NCBI GenBank assembly: GCA_002159075.1
Contig: LZRT01000085.1
Location: 6,177 to 70,176, forward strand
DNA: 64,000 nt
Direction: 5' to 3'
Origin: Bacillus thermozeamaize
Lineage (GTDB): Bacteria; Bacillota; Bacilli; ZCTH02-B2
Positions 20,248 through 28,512 of this stretch are shown piece by piece. Position numbers and translations under genes: made by a program. The stretch's first letter is position 1. Each line of letters starts with the position of its first letter. The notes beneath the pieces were generated by a model that ran no database searches, was not told the origin of the DNA, and worked only from the letters and a program-made list of their open reading frames with translations.

Positions 20248-21012
20248 TTGTCGATCCTGTTTGAAAAACGTGACGGCATTGCCTATATCACAATCAACCG
20301 CCCGGAGGCGATGAATGCCTTGGATCCGGATACCCACCGGCAACTGATGGAGGCTTTTGACGAATACAACCAGGATGACGAGATGCTGGTGGCCATTTTT
20401 ACCGGAGCGGGAGAGCAGGCCTTTTGCAGCGGTGCCGATCTGAAGAGGTTGATCCCCCGCTTCACGGAAGGGGAGCAGAGGCTGGAGCCCAGCGAAGAGC
20501 GGTTTTTTTCCCACATTTACAAGCCGATCATTGCGGCGGTGAACGGGTATTGCCTGGCTGGCGGGTTTGAGATGCTCCTTGGAACCGATATCCGCATCGC
20601 GGCGGAGCATGCCACGTTCGGACTGCCGGAAGTGAAGTGGGGCATTGTCCCCTTCGCCGGCGCACATGCCAGGCTGGCCAGGCAAATTCCCTGGGCGTGG
20701 GCCATGGAACTGCTGCTGACCGGAAGGCACATTACCGCCAAGGAGGCGCTGGCCATCGGGCTGGTCAACCGCGTGGTGCCAATGGACGACTTGATGCGTA
20801 CGGCGGAAGAGGTGGCCGAGCGGATCAAGAAAAACGGGCCGCTGGCGGTCCGAACCTGCAAGGAGGCCGTGGTCCGCACATCCGGCATGCCTTTCCAGAT
20901 GGCTTTTTACCTGGACAGCTACATGTCTGCCCGGGTCCTTTCGTCAGAGGATGCGCGGGAAGGGCCGCGGGCCTTTGCGGAAAAGCGCCCGCCCCGTTTC
21001 AAGGGGAGGTAA
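20248..21012 (+). CDS. Enoyl-CoA hydratase/isomerase (crotonase family)
   Basis: Crotonase N-terminus ...GIAYITINRPEAMNAL. TTG start sits 8 nt after AGGAGG. Confidence 0.85.
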   Translation: MSILFEKRDGIAYITINRPEAMNALDPDTHRQLMEAFDEYNQDDEMLVAIFTGAGEQAFCSGADLKRLIPRFTEGEQRLEPSEERFFSHIYKPIIAAVNGYCLAGGFEMLLGTDIRIAAEHATFGLPEVKWGIVPFAGAHARLARQIPWAWAMELLLTGRHITAKEALAIGLVNRVVPMDDLMRTAEEVAERIKKNGPLAVRTCKEAVVRTSGMPFQMAFYLDSYMSARVLSSEDAREGPRAFAEKRPPRFKGR

Positions 21013-21104
21013 ACAGCCGGCGGGCGGACAGTTGGATATACGATGTACAAAAGATGTACGAAAAAGGATGGTGGCGTTGGCAATGGGCTGGCGGGGGAGA
21101 GGGC

Positions 21105-21137
21105 ATGAAAAACATGAAACATGAAAAACATGAAATG
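21105..21137. repeat. Short tandem repeat (CATGAAA/CATGAAAAA)x4
   Basis: gcatgaaaaacatgaaacatgaaaaacatgaaatg lies immediately upstream of the ACAD start. Confidence 0.5.
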
Positions 21138-21162
21138 CGTGCGAGAGAAGGGAGGTTCTGGA

Positions 21163-22344
21163 GTGAATTTTCGTCTTACAAAGGAACAGGAGGCTTTCCG
21201 GGAAGAGGTGCGCGCCTTTCTGGCGGAGGCCTGGCCAGAAGGGAAGCGCTCATTTTTTCCTGACAATCGCCCGGAAGCGTATCAGGAAGAGGTGCGGTTT
21301 CGCAGGCAGATGGGGGAACGGGGATATCTGTCCCTGGCCTGGCCCAAAAAATACGGCGGACAGGAACGGACGCCGATGGAGCAGTTCCTGTTTCACTGGG
21401 AGATCGCGTATGCGGGGGCGCCCTTTCCTTCCACCGCCGTCGGTATCGTCGCGCCGACACTGATGCGTTACGGCAGCGAAGAACAGAAGCGCACGTATTT
21501 GCCGAAAATTTCCTCAGGCGAGATCGATTTTTGTCTCGGCTACACGGAACCGGAAGCCGGTTCCGATCTGGCTGCGCTCCAGACGCGGGCGGTTCGGGAA
21601 GGCGATCATTATGTGGTCAGCGGACAGAAGATCTTCACCAGCGGCGCCCATGAGGCCGAGTATTGCTGGCTGGCGGTCCGCACCGATCCGGATGCGCCGA
21701 AGCATCAGGGGATCAGTTTGCTGATCGCTGACATGTCGGCTCCGGGCATTGAGGTCCAACCGCTTTGGACGATGGGGAATCTGCGCACCAACATTGTCTT
21801 CTGGGATGAGGTCCGGATTCCTGTCAGCCAGCGGGTAGGAGAGGAAAACAAGGGCTGGTACTACTTGGCCACAGCACTGGACTACGAACGGATTAACCTG
21901 TTTCCCGGGCCGGTATCATCCGTTGTCCGGCAATTTGAGCGGTTTGTCCAGGTTTGCACTCAGACGCGCAGAGGCCAACAGCTTCTGAGCCAGGATCCTG
22001 GGGTGCGGCGCAGGCTGGTCCGGCTGTCCGCCGAACTGCAGGCGCTGATCCTGCTCAATTTCAAAAACGCCTGGATTGTGGACACAGGCAAGGTGCCCAA
22101 TGTGGAGGCGTCGGTGTTGAAAGTGTACAACGCCGAATTCCGCCAGAAACTGGCTGATGCGGCGATGGAGGTGCTGGGACCGTATGCCCAGCTGGAGGCC
22201 TCTTCCCCATATGCCCTGTCGGAGGGGCTGTGGGAATGGTTGCCCCGGTTCAATGTGTTCATGAGCATTGGCGGCGGTGCCGACGAGATCCAACGGAACA
22301 TCATCGCCCAGCGGGGTCTGGGATTGCCGAGAAGAGAGGGATAG
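21163..22344 (+). CDS. Acyl-CoA dehydrogenase
   Basis: GTG start sits 7 nt after GGGAGG and gives the canonical N-terminus VNFRLTKEQEAFREEVRAF. Length about 393 aa. Confidence 0.85.
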   Translation: MNFRLTKEQEAFREEVRAFLAEAWPEGKRSFFPDNRPEAYQEEVRFRRQMGERGYLSLAWPKKYGGQERTPMEQFLFHWEIAYAGAPFPSTAVGIVAPTLMRYGSEEQKRTYLPKISSGEIDFCLGYTEPEAGSDLAALQTRAVREGDHYVVSGQKIFTSGAHEAEYCWLAVRTDPDAPKHQGISLLIADMSAPGIEVQPLWTMGNLRTNIVFWDEVRIPVSQRVGEENKGWYYLATALDYERINLFPGPVSSVVRQFERFVQVCTQTRRGQQLLSQDPGVRRRLVRLSAELQALILLNFKNAWIVDTGKVPNVEASVLKVYNAEFRQKLADAAMEVLGPYAQLEASSPYALSEGLWEWLPRFNVFMSIGGGADEIQRNIIAQRGLGLPRREG

Positions 22345-22374
22345 GCGAGAGGAGTCACAAGGAGGTGGAAAGGG

Positions 22375-23634
22375 ATGGACTTTTCTTTCAGCCAGGACCA
22401 GAAGATGCTGCGTTCTGCGGTCCGCCAATGGCTGCAGCAGATCCATTCGCCGGAACAGACGCGGCGGTTGCGGGAGAACCCGGCTGGTTTTGATGAGAAG
22501 AGATGGCAAGAGATTGGTTCATTGGGCTGGCTGGGGCTGAACGTGGCGGAGGTGCAGGGTGGTACTGGTGGTTCGACGGTGGATGCGATGATCCTGTTTG
22601 AAGAGATGGGGCGGGCTCTTTTTCCCAGTCCATTTTTGTCCCAATGGTTGTCCCTCACCGTGTTGGGTCGTTTCTGTGAGGAACCAAGAAAATCGCCACT
22701 TTGGGAGCGTCTGCTAAACGGAGAGGAAATTGTCGCATTTGCCGATTGGGAAGGCGGCAACCTGTGGGACGGGGAGTCCGGGGCATATCGAACCACCATC
22801 CATTCCCGGGGTTCGGAGTGGATTCTGACCGGAGAAAAACATTGGGTCCTGGACGGGGCTGTTGCCGATCATCTGTTGGTCACCGCCCGGGGGGATGACG
22901 GCCATCCTTGCCTGGTCTTGGTGCCCAATAACGCAGGCGGCGTCGAGGTGATTCCGCTGCAGGATGCCGCGCGGCGCAGGATGGCGGCCATCCGGTTTCA
23001 TGATGTCGTCCTGAATCAGGAAGCCATGCTCACGACGGGAAAGATGTCCGATCTCATGACGGGAACGATGTCCAATCCGGCTGAGAGCGGGGAGCAGATT
23101 TCCTGGGCGCGACTCTGGGGAGAATTCGTGCATCTGGGGGCGCTGGCTGTTTGTGCCGAACTGGTGGGTGCGGGCGCCTTCGTCCTGGAGCAAGCGGTGG
23201 AACATGCCAAAAAACGGCACCAGTTTGGGCGGCCCATCGGCAGTTTCCAGGCGATACAGCACAAGTGTGCCGACATGTGGATTCATCTGGAGGCCTCGCG
23301 GAACCTGTTGTATTTTGCGGCGGCCAGGTGGGATGAACGGCATCAGGACGCATCGCTGGCGGTGGCACAGGCCAAGATCCTGGTGACGGAGTCGGTTCAG
23401 CGTGTGATCCGGGAAGGACATCAGATCTTTGGCGGCCTCGGATACACGGAAGAGCACTGGATGCCGCTGTACTTTCGTTTTGCCAAGGAGGGACGGGCCC
23501 TGTTCGGGATGCCGGATGAGTGGGACCGCCGGGCAGCCGAATGCCTCCTGGATGGCCGGTGTTTTCCCGGAAGTTTGTCCTCGAGTTTGTGCTCGGGCAA
23601 CCATTCAGTGCAGGCCGGCCCGCATGCGATGTGA
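22375..23634 (+). CDS. Acyl-CoA dehydrogenase family protein (with C-terminal extension)
   Basis: N-terminus MDFSFSQDQKMLRSAVRQWL. Length 419 aa. ATG follows AAGGAGGTGG. Confidence 0.8.
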   Translation: MDFSFSQDQKMLRSAVRQWLQQIHSPEQTRRLRENPAGFDEKRWQEIGSLGWLGLNVAEVQGGTGGSTVDAMILFEEMGRALFPSPFLSQWLSLTVLGRFCEEPRKSPLWERLLNGEEIVAFADWEGGNLWDGESGAYRTTIHSRGSEWILTGEKHWVLDGAVADHLLVTARGDDGHPCLVLVPNNAGGVEVIPLQDAARRRMAAIRFHDVVLNQEAMLTTGKMSDLMTGTMSNPAESGEQISWARLWGEFVHLGALAVCAELVGAGAFVLEQAVEHAKKRHQFGRPIGSFQAIQHKCADMWIHLEASRNLLYFAAARWDERHQDASLAVAQAKILVTESVQRVIREGHQIFGGLGYTEEHWMPLYFRFAKEGRALFGMPDEWDRRAAECLLDGRCFPGSLSSSLCSGNHSVQAGPHAM

Positions 23635-23666
23635 TTGTCGACAAAACCGTGGAGAGGGGAGAAAAC

Positions 23667-24452
23667 ATGGCCTACGAGGCAATTCTGGTGGAAACGTCGG
23701 AACAGATTACAACGATTACACTGAACCAACCGGAAATGCGCAACCCCCTGACCGCGCAGATGGTCGGAGAACTGGTCCAGGCCATCCGGGAGGCCGATCA
23801 GGACCCTGATGTGCGCGTCATCGTGATCACAGGCAGTGGCGACGCATTTTGTGCCGGAGGCAATCTGAATGAATTCCGGCGGACCATGGAGAAAAGTGCC
23901 CCCACCCTTTATGACGAGGGGCATCGTTCCAGTCAGCTCTTCAAGCTGGGAGAGGAGGTGCGAACGCCGCTCATTGCCTCGGTGAACGGACCGGCTCTTG
24001 GTGGCGGTTGCGGGCTTGCCGCGATGTGCCACATCACCATCGCTTCGGATCGCGCCAAACTGGGCACAACGGAATTCCGCCTCGGGTTGGTGCCGTTTGT
24101 GATTTTACCTTGGATCCGGCGGGCAGTCGGCCACAAAAACGCCCTGGAGATGATGCTGACGGCCAAGATCATGACGGCCGAAGAGGCCAGAGAGATCGGC
24201 CTGGTACAACGCGTCGTGCCGCATGACCAGTTACAGGAAGAGACGAGAAAACTGGCGCGGCATGTGGCTTCCTTCAGCCCGCTGGCGGTAAAGCTGGGGC
24301 TGGACGCATTTTATACGACAGAGCAGATGGACCTGAAAAAATCTGTTGACTATCTCAGCACGTTGCGCATTGTCTCGTTTCTCAGCGAGGATTTGCGGGA
24401 AGGTGCGACCGCCTTTTTGGAAAAACGCCCCCCCGTATGGAAGGGTCGTTAG
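23667..24452 (+). CDS. Enoyl-CoA hydratase/isomerase
   Basis: N-terminus MAYEAILVETSEQITTITLNQPEMRNPL. Length 261 aa. ATG follows GGAGAGGGGAG. Confidence 0.85.
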   Translation: MAYEAILVETSEQITTITLNQPEMRNPLTAQMVGELVQAIREADQDPDVRVIVITGSGDAFCAGGNLNEFRRTMEKSAPTLYDEGHRSSQLFKLGEEVRTPLIASVNGPALGGGCGLAAMCHITIASDRAKLGTTEFRLGLVPFVILPWIRRAVGHKNALEMMLTAKIMTAEEAREIGLVQRVVPHDQLQEETRKLARHVASFSPLAVKLGLDAFYTTEQMDLKKSVDYLSTLRIVSFLSEDLREGATAFLEKRPPVWKGR

Positions 24453-24518
24453 AAACGGTTTGTCCCGGCTTCGGCCGGCCTATAAGCACATGAACTTGAA
24501 ATGGGAGGGAGTATCCAG

Positions 24519-25883
24519 ATGCGGAAGGTACGAATTGGGGCAGCGGAAGGGTTCTATGGGGATGCAGTGGATCCGGCTGTAGACATCGCCCAACATGGCG
24601 ATGTCCAGTACCTCTGTTTTGATTGCCTGGCTGAATTGACGATGGCCATTCTTCTGAAAGACCAGAAGCGGGATCCGAGCAAAGGTTACTGTCTCGATGT
24701 CACTGCCTACATGAAGGCCTTGTTGCCCTACGTCAAGGAAAAGGGAATCAAAATCCTCACCAATGCCGGCGGGATTAATCCGGAAGGGGCGCAGCAGGAA
24801 GTCATGCGGGTGGCCCGGGAGATGGGGATCAGCGGTTTGAAGGTGGCCGTCGTCACCGGCGACAACATCCTCGATCGGATCGACCGGCTGATGCAGCAGG
24901 GCGTCACCTTCCAGCACATGGAGACCGGAGAATCCCTGGAGACTGTTCGCGACCGGCTGCTGTTCGCCAATGTGTATCTGGGCGTGGGGCCGATTGTGGA
25001 GGCGTTGCGCCAGGGCGCCGATATTGTGGTGACGGGGCGGACGACGGATACGGCGCAGTTTTTGGCGCCACTGGTCTATGAGTTCGGCTGGCGGGAAGAT
25101 GAATGGGATAAACTGGCACAAGGGATTTTGATGGGACACCTAATGGAGTGTTCCGCCCAGTCCACAGGGGGGAATTTCAGCGGGAATTGGTGGGACGTGC
25201 CGGATATGGACCGGATCGGCTACCCGATTGCCGAGATCCAGGAGGACGGCAGCTTTATCCTGACCAAAACGCCGACCAGCGGCGGCCTGGTGACGGTGAA
25301 TACCGTCAAGGAGCAAATGCTTTATGAAATTCACGACCCTGCCGCGTATGTCACCCCGGATGTGGTGGCCGACTTTACGACGGCCGTGCTGGAGAATGTG
25401 GGGCCAGACCGTGTCTTGATCCGAGGTGCGACAGGCAAGCCCCGCCCTGATCGCCTCAAGGCGGTGATGGGTTATCAAAATGGGTATATGGGGCAGGCCA
25501 TCATCGGCTATTCCTGGCCGGACGCTTTGAAAAAGGCCCGCAAGGCGGACGAAATCATCCGCAAGCAACTGGCCCGCAAGGGGATGCATTATGACGAGAT
25601 CCATACCTCCTTTCTCGGGTATAACTCCCTTCATGGCCCGACGGTGGAAGAACCGAAAGAAGAGTTAAACGAAGTGTATCTGCGGATTGCCGTCCGTGCC
25701 AGGACAAAACAGGAGGCAGTGGCTTTCAGCCGCCTGTTTCCGCCTTTGGGATTGGACGGACCGCCTTCTGTGACCGGACTTGGGGGGAGATTGCAGCCGC
25801 GGGAACTGCTCGGGATGTGGGCCAGTCTGGTGCCGCGGGATTTGATTGAGAAAGATGTGCACATTCGCATCCAGGAGGTGTGA
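24519..25883 (+). CDS. AtuA-like protein, DUF1446 domain (acyclic terpene utilization protein A N-terminal part)
   Basis: N-terminus MRKVRIGAAEGFYGDAVDPAVDI matches the RIGxxxGFxGD signature of the DUF1446/AtuA family. ATG follows GGGAGGGAG. Confidence 0.65.
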   Translation: MRKVRIGAAEGFYGDAVDPAVDIAQHGDVQYLCFDCLAELTMAILLKDQKRDPSKGYCLDVTAYMKALLPYVKEKGIKILTNAGGINPEGAQQEVMRVAREMGISGLKVAVVTGDNILDRIDRLMQQGVTFQHMETGESLETVRDRLLFANVYLGVGPIVEALRQGADIVVTGRTTDTAQFLAPLVYEFGWREDEWDKLAQGILMGHLMECSAQSTGGNFSGNWWDVPDMDRIGYPIAEIQEDGSFILTKTPTSGGLVTVNTVKEQMLYEIHDPAAYVTPDVVADFTTAVLENVGPDRVLIRGATGKPRPDRLKAVMGYQNGYMGQAIIGYSWPDALKKARKADEIIRKQLARKGMHYDEIHTSFLGYNSLHGPTVEEPKEELNEVYLRIAVRARTKQEAVAFSRLFPPLGLDGPPSVTGLGGRLQPRELLGMWASLVPRDLIEKDVHIRIQEV

Positions 25884-25885
25884 GG

Positions 25886-26230
25886 ATGGCTCTGGTGCAA
25901 TTGCGCAAGATTTCACAGGTGCGCAGCGGTGACAAAGGGAATACGGTGAATATTGCCCTGTTTGCCCCCAATGAAGCGCTTTACCAGGTTTTTTTGCGGG
26001 AGGTGACTCCCGAGAAAGTGAAGCGTCATTTTCGGGGATTGATCGAAGGCGAAGTGATCCGGTATGAGGTTCCCAACTTGCTGGCGTTAAATTTTGTCTG
26101 CAAAGAGGCGTTGAATGGAGGAGGCTCGGCCTCCATCCATGTCGACAACCTCGGCAAGTGTTTCAGTTCCAATTTGCAGCGCATGGTGATTGAGGTGGAA
26201 GATGAGCTATTGATTTATTCAACTTTTTAA
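25886..26230 (+). CDS. DUF4387-like small protein (AtuA C-terminal domain encoded as a separate gene)
   Basis: 115 aa ORF translationally coupled to the DUF1446 gene (stop and start are adjacent). Such split arrangements are typical for AtuA homologs. Confidence 0.55.
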   Translation: MALVQLRKISQVRSGDKGNTVNIALFAPNEALYQVFLREVTPEKVKRHFRGLIEGEVIRYEVPNLLALNFVCKEALNGGGSASIHVDNLGKCFSSNLQRMVIEVEDELLIYSTF

Positions 26231-26496
26231 ACCATAGATTTTTGTAAAACAATAAAGGAGATCGCTAAGTGGAAAAACAGTGAAAAGTACCGAAGAATTT
26301 CTCAGCGACGAGAGAGATGCGTTTTATTAGCAAAAAATTGATATTCTAGGAGGTCAAATGAGCCTCTTTTTTTATTTTCTTTTTCCAAAATGTTTCTTCA
26401 TTTTAAGAGTCAATTGACAAAACAAAACATCTTATTTTTTCCAGGATGGGCAGACGAGACTTCTGTAATATTCATTAAATAGATGTAAAATTTTTA

Positions 26497-26510
26497 ATAC
26501 ATTTGTAAAA
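26497..26510. promoter_or_regulatory. Candidate UAS (ATACATTTGTAAAA, reverse complement of TTTTACAAATGTAT)
   Basis: Same TACA-N2-TGTA motif as at 9587 and 36457. Lies about 105 bp upstream of the sigma-54 promoter at 26611. Confidence 0.35.
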
Positions 26511-26610
26511 AGACATATTCGCGCTTTTTGCTGATTGATTTTATATGACTGTCATTTATAGCTATGATATCGCGCCTGTATTTTACAGTTTAAGATCCTC
26601 TTGTCCCGAT

Positions 26611-26626
26611 TGGCATCAATTTTGCT
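26611..26626 (+). promoter_or_regulatory. Sigma-54 (-24/-12) promoter, TGGCATCAATTTTGCT
   Basis: GG-N10-GC element lies upstream of the small ORF and amidase operon, inside an AT-rich region. Confidence 0.55.
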
Positions 26627-26864
26627 AAACATTAAGATAAGAAACAAAAGAATGATTACTGGAAGAACTGCTCTCTTTTGCTGGATAACAGCAAGGAAGG
26701 GAGATGAAATGCATAAGGATGGAGAAGAATTGCCTTCGGGGTTTTGAATAGCTGTCAAAGATTGTGCGAGCTTGATGGAATCCTGACGCAAAGAACGGTG
26801 AAATCCAGTAGACATTCGTATGGTCATCGAATGAATCGTTTTTGTAAAAGGGAGGCGAGCAGCT

Positions 26865-27053
26865 TTGGAACAAATGATTCGAGCCATTTTACAAGCGAAA
26901 GGCGTTCAGGCGCCGGAGCAAGATTATCCTATACTTATAGCACAATGGGAATCGATCTTGGCTATGAAACAGCATGCAATGAAGGCAAAGTTAAGGGATT
27001 TCGATATCGCATTGTGCCATACACTGAAAGGAGGAATGCCGAATGAAGAGTGA
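26865..27053 (+). CDS. Small protein (62 aa), possible GatC/AtzG-like partner subunit for the downstream amidase
   Basis: TTG start sits 9 nt after GGGAGG. Its 3' end overlaps the amidase start by 11 nt and contains the amidase RBS AAAGGAGG. Weak GatC-like pattern (..EQ..P.L.AQWESIL..). Confidence 0.4.
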   Translation: MEQMIRAILQAKGVQAPEQDYPILIAQWESILAMKQHAMKAKLRDFDIALCHTLKGGMPNEE

Positions 27054-28452
27054 ACTCGCGGCTAAGTCAATCGAAGAACTGGCTCCGCTCCTTCGCGATC
27101 GGAAAGTTTCTCCCGTAGAAGTTACGGAAGCCGTCATTCATCAAACGGAAGCCCATAACAAAAAAATTAATGCATACATTCAGATGGATGCAGATGCAGC
27201 GATGGAGGCGGCCAAAAATGCGGAGAAGGAAATCATGAATGGTAATTATCGCGGTCCTCTGCACGGCGTTCCGATGGCACTTAAAGATAATCTTTATTTT
27301 AAAAATGAAGTTGTCACAATGGGTTCAAAAATTCACAGACATTTCATTCCTTCCTATGATGCAACTGTTGTTTCCAAGTTAAAGGAAGCGGGGGTTATTT
27401 TTACAGGAAGGTTAAACATGCATGAATATGCTTGGGGAGCGACAACGAACAATCCGCATTTTGGTCCATGCCGCAATCCCTGGAATTTGGAAAAAATACC
27501 GGGTGGTTCAAGCGGGGGTTCAGGTGCGGCTGTAGCAGCTGATATGACAATCGCATCCCTTGGTACCGATACGGGAGGATCGATTCGCATTCCCGCTTCC
27601 GCGTGTGGCATCGTAGGACTTAAACCCACACATGGACGGGTCAGCAAATATGGTTGTTTCCCATTAGCATGGTCATTGGATCATATTGGCCCGATGACAA
27701 AAACGGTGAAAGACGCAGCCATTTTGTTGGAGGTAATTGCGGGATATGACGATAAGGATCCGACATGCATCAATGTTCCCGTTTCTGCTTATCGTTCGGC
27801 AATAACTGGAGATGTGAACGAACTGGTTATTGGCATCAATGAAAGCTACTTTTTTCGTGATGTCGATTCAGGTGTTGAAAAAAATGTTCGCAATGGAATT
27901 AGATTGCTAGAAGAAATGGGAGCGAGGGTGACATCTGTTGACATACCTTCCATCGAATTTGCGCCATTTGCAGAAATGATAACCATTATTTCTGAAGCCA
28001 GCGCAATTCACCATCAAAATTTAATTGAGCGCCGACAAGACTTCGGAGATGATGTGCGCATTTTACTTGAACTAGGAGAACTTGTCACAGCTGTAGACTA
28101 TCTGCAAGCGCAGCAAATCCGATATCAGTTGAATCATGATTTCAGGAAGGTATTCCAAAGCGTCGATGTCTTGATCACGCCTACACTTCCGTTTACACCT
28201 CCACTGATTGGGCAGGATACAGTGCTGCTAAACGGAAAAGAAGTGAACTTTTTAGACCATGTGATTCGTTTTACAGGACCAGAAAATATTACCGGATTGC
28301 CTGCGATAAGTGTCCCATGCGGGTTTAGTGAGGAGATGCCGGTTGGACTGCAGATTATTGGCCCCCCATTTAAAGAAGAAATCATCTTAAATGTAGCTTA
28401 TGCCATTGAACAAACCAATCCGTTGAAAGGAAAGAAACCTAATTTAAGTTAA
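27043..28452 (+). CDS. Amidase signature family enzyme (GatA/AtzE-like amidase)
   Basis: Amidase signature motif GGSSGGSGAAVAADMTIASLGTDTGGSIRIPAS. Length 469 aa. ATG sits 8 nt after AAAGGAGG. Confidence 0.85.
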   Translation: MKSELAAKSIEELAPLLRDRKVSPVEVTEAVIHQTEAHNKKINAYIQMDADAAMEAAKNAEKEIMNGNYRGPLHGVPMALKDNLYFKNEVVTMGSKIHRHFIPSYDATVVSKLKEAGVIFTGRLNMHEYAWGATTNNPHFGPCRNPWNLEKIPGGSSGGSGAAVAADMTIASLGTDTGGSIRIPASACGIVGLKPTHGRVSKYGCFPLAWSLDHIGPMTKTVKDAAILLEVIAGYDDKDPTCINVPVSAYRSAITGDVNELVIGINESYFFRDVDSGVEKNVRNGIRLLEEMGARVTSVDIPSIEFAPFAEMITIISEASAIHHQNLIERRQDFGDDVRILLELGELVTAVDYLQAQQIRYQLNHDFRKVFQSVDVLITPTLPFTPPLIGQDTVLLNGKEVNFLDHVIRFTGPENITGLPAISVPCGFSEEMPVGLQIIGPPFKEEIILNVAYAIEQTNPLKGKKPNLS

Positions 28453-28512
28453 AACCTAATTTGAGTAAATAATGAAACGTTTTCCCTTATTCACTGCCAT
28501 CACCGTTCAATC

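Noticed and set aside
22375-23634. Possible gene fusion or frameshift producing the 419-aa ACAD with a C-terminal tail
   Set aside because: The reading frame is continuous with no internal stop or obvious slippery repeat. The tail is more simply read as a short extension before the next RBS at 23650.
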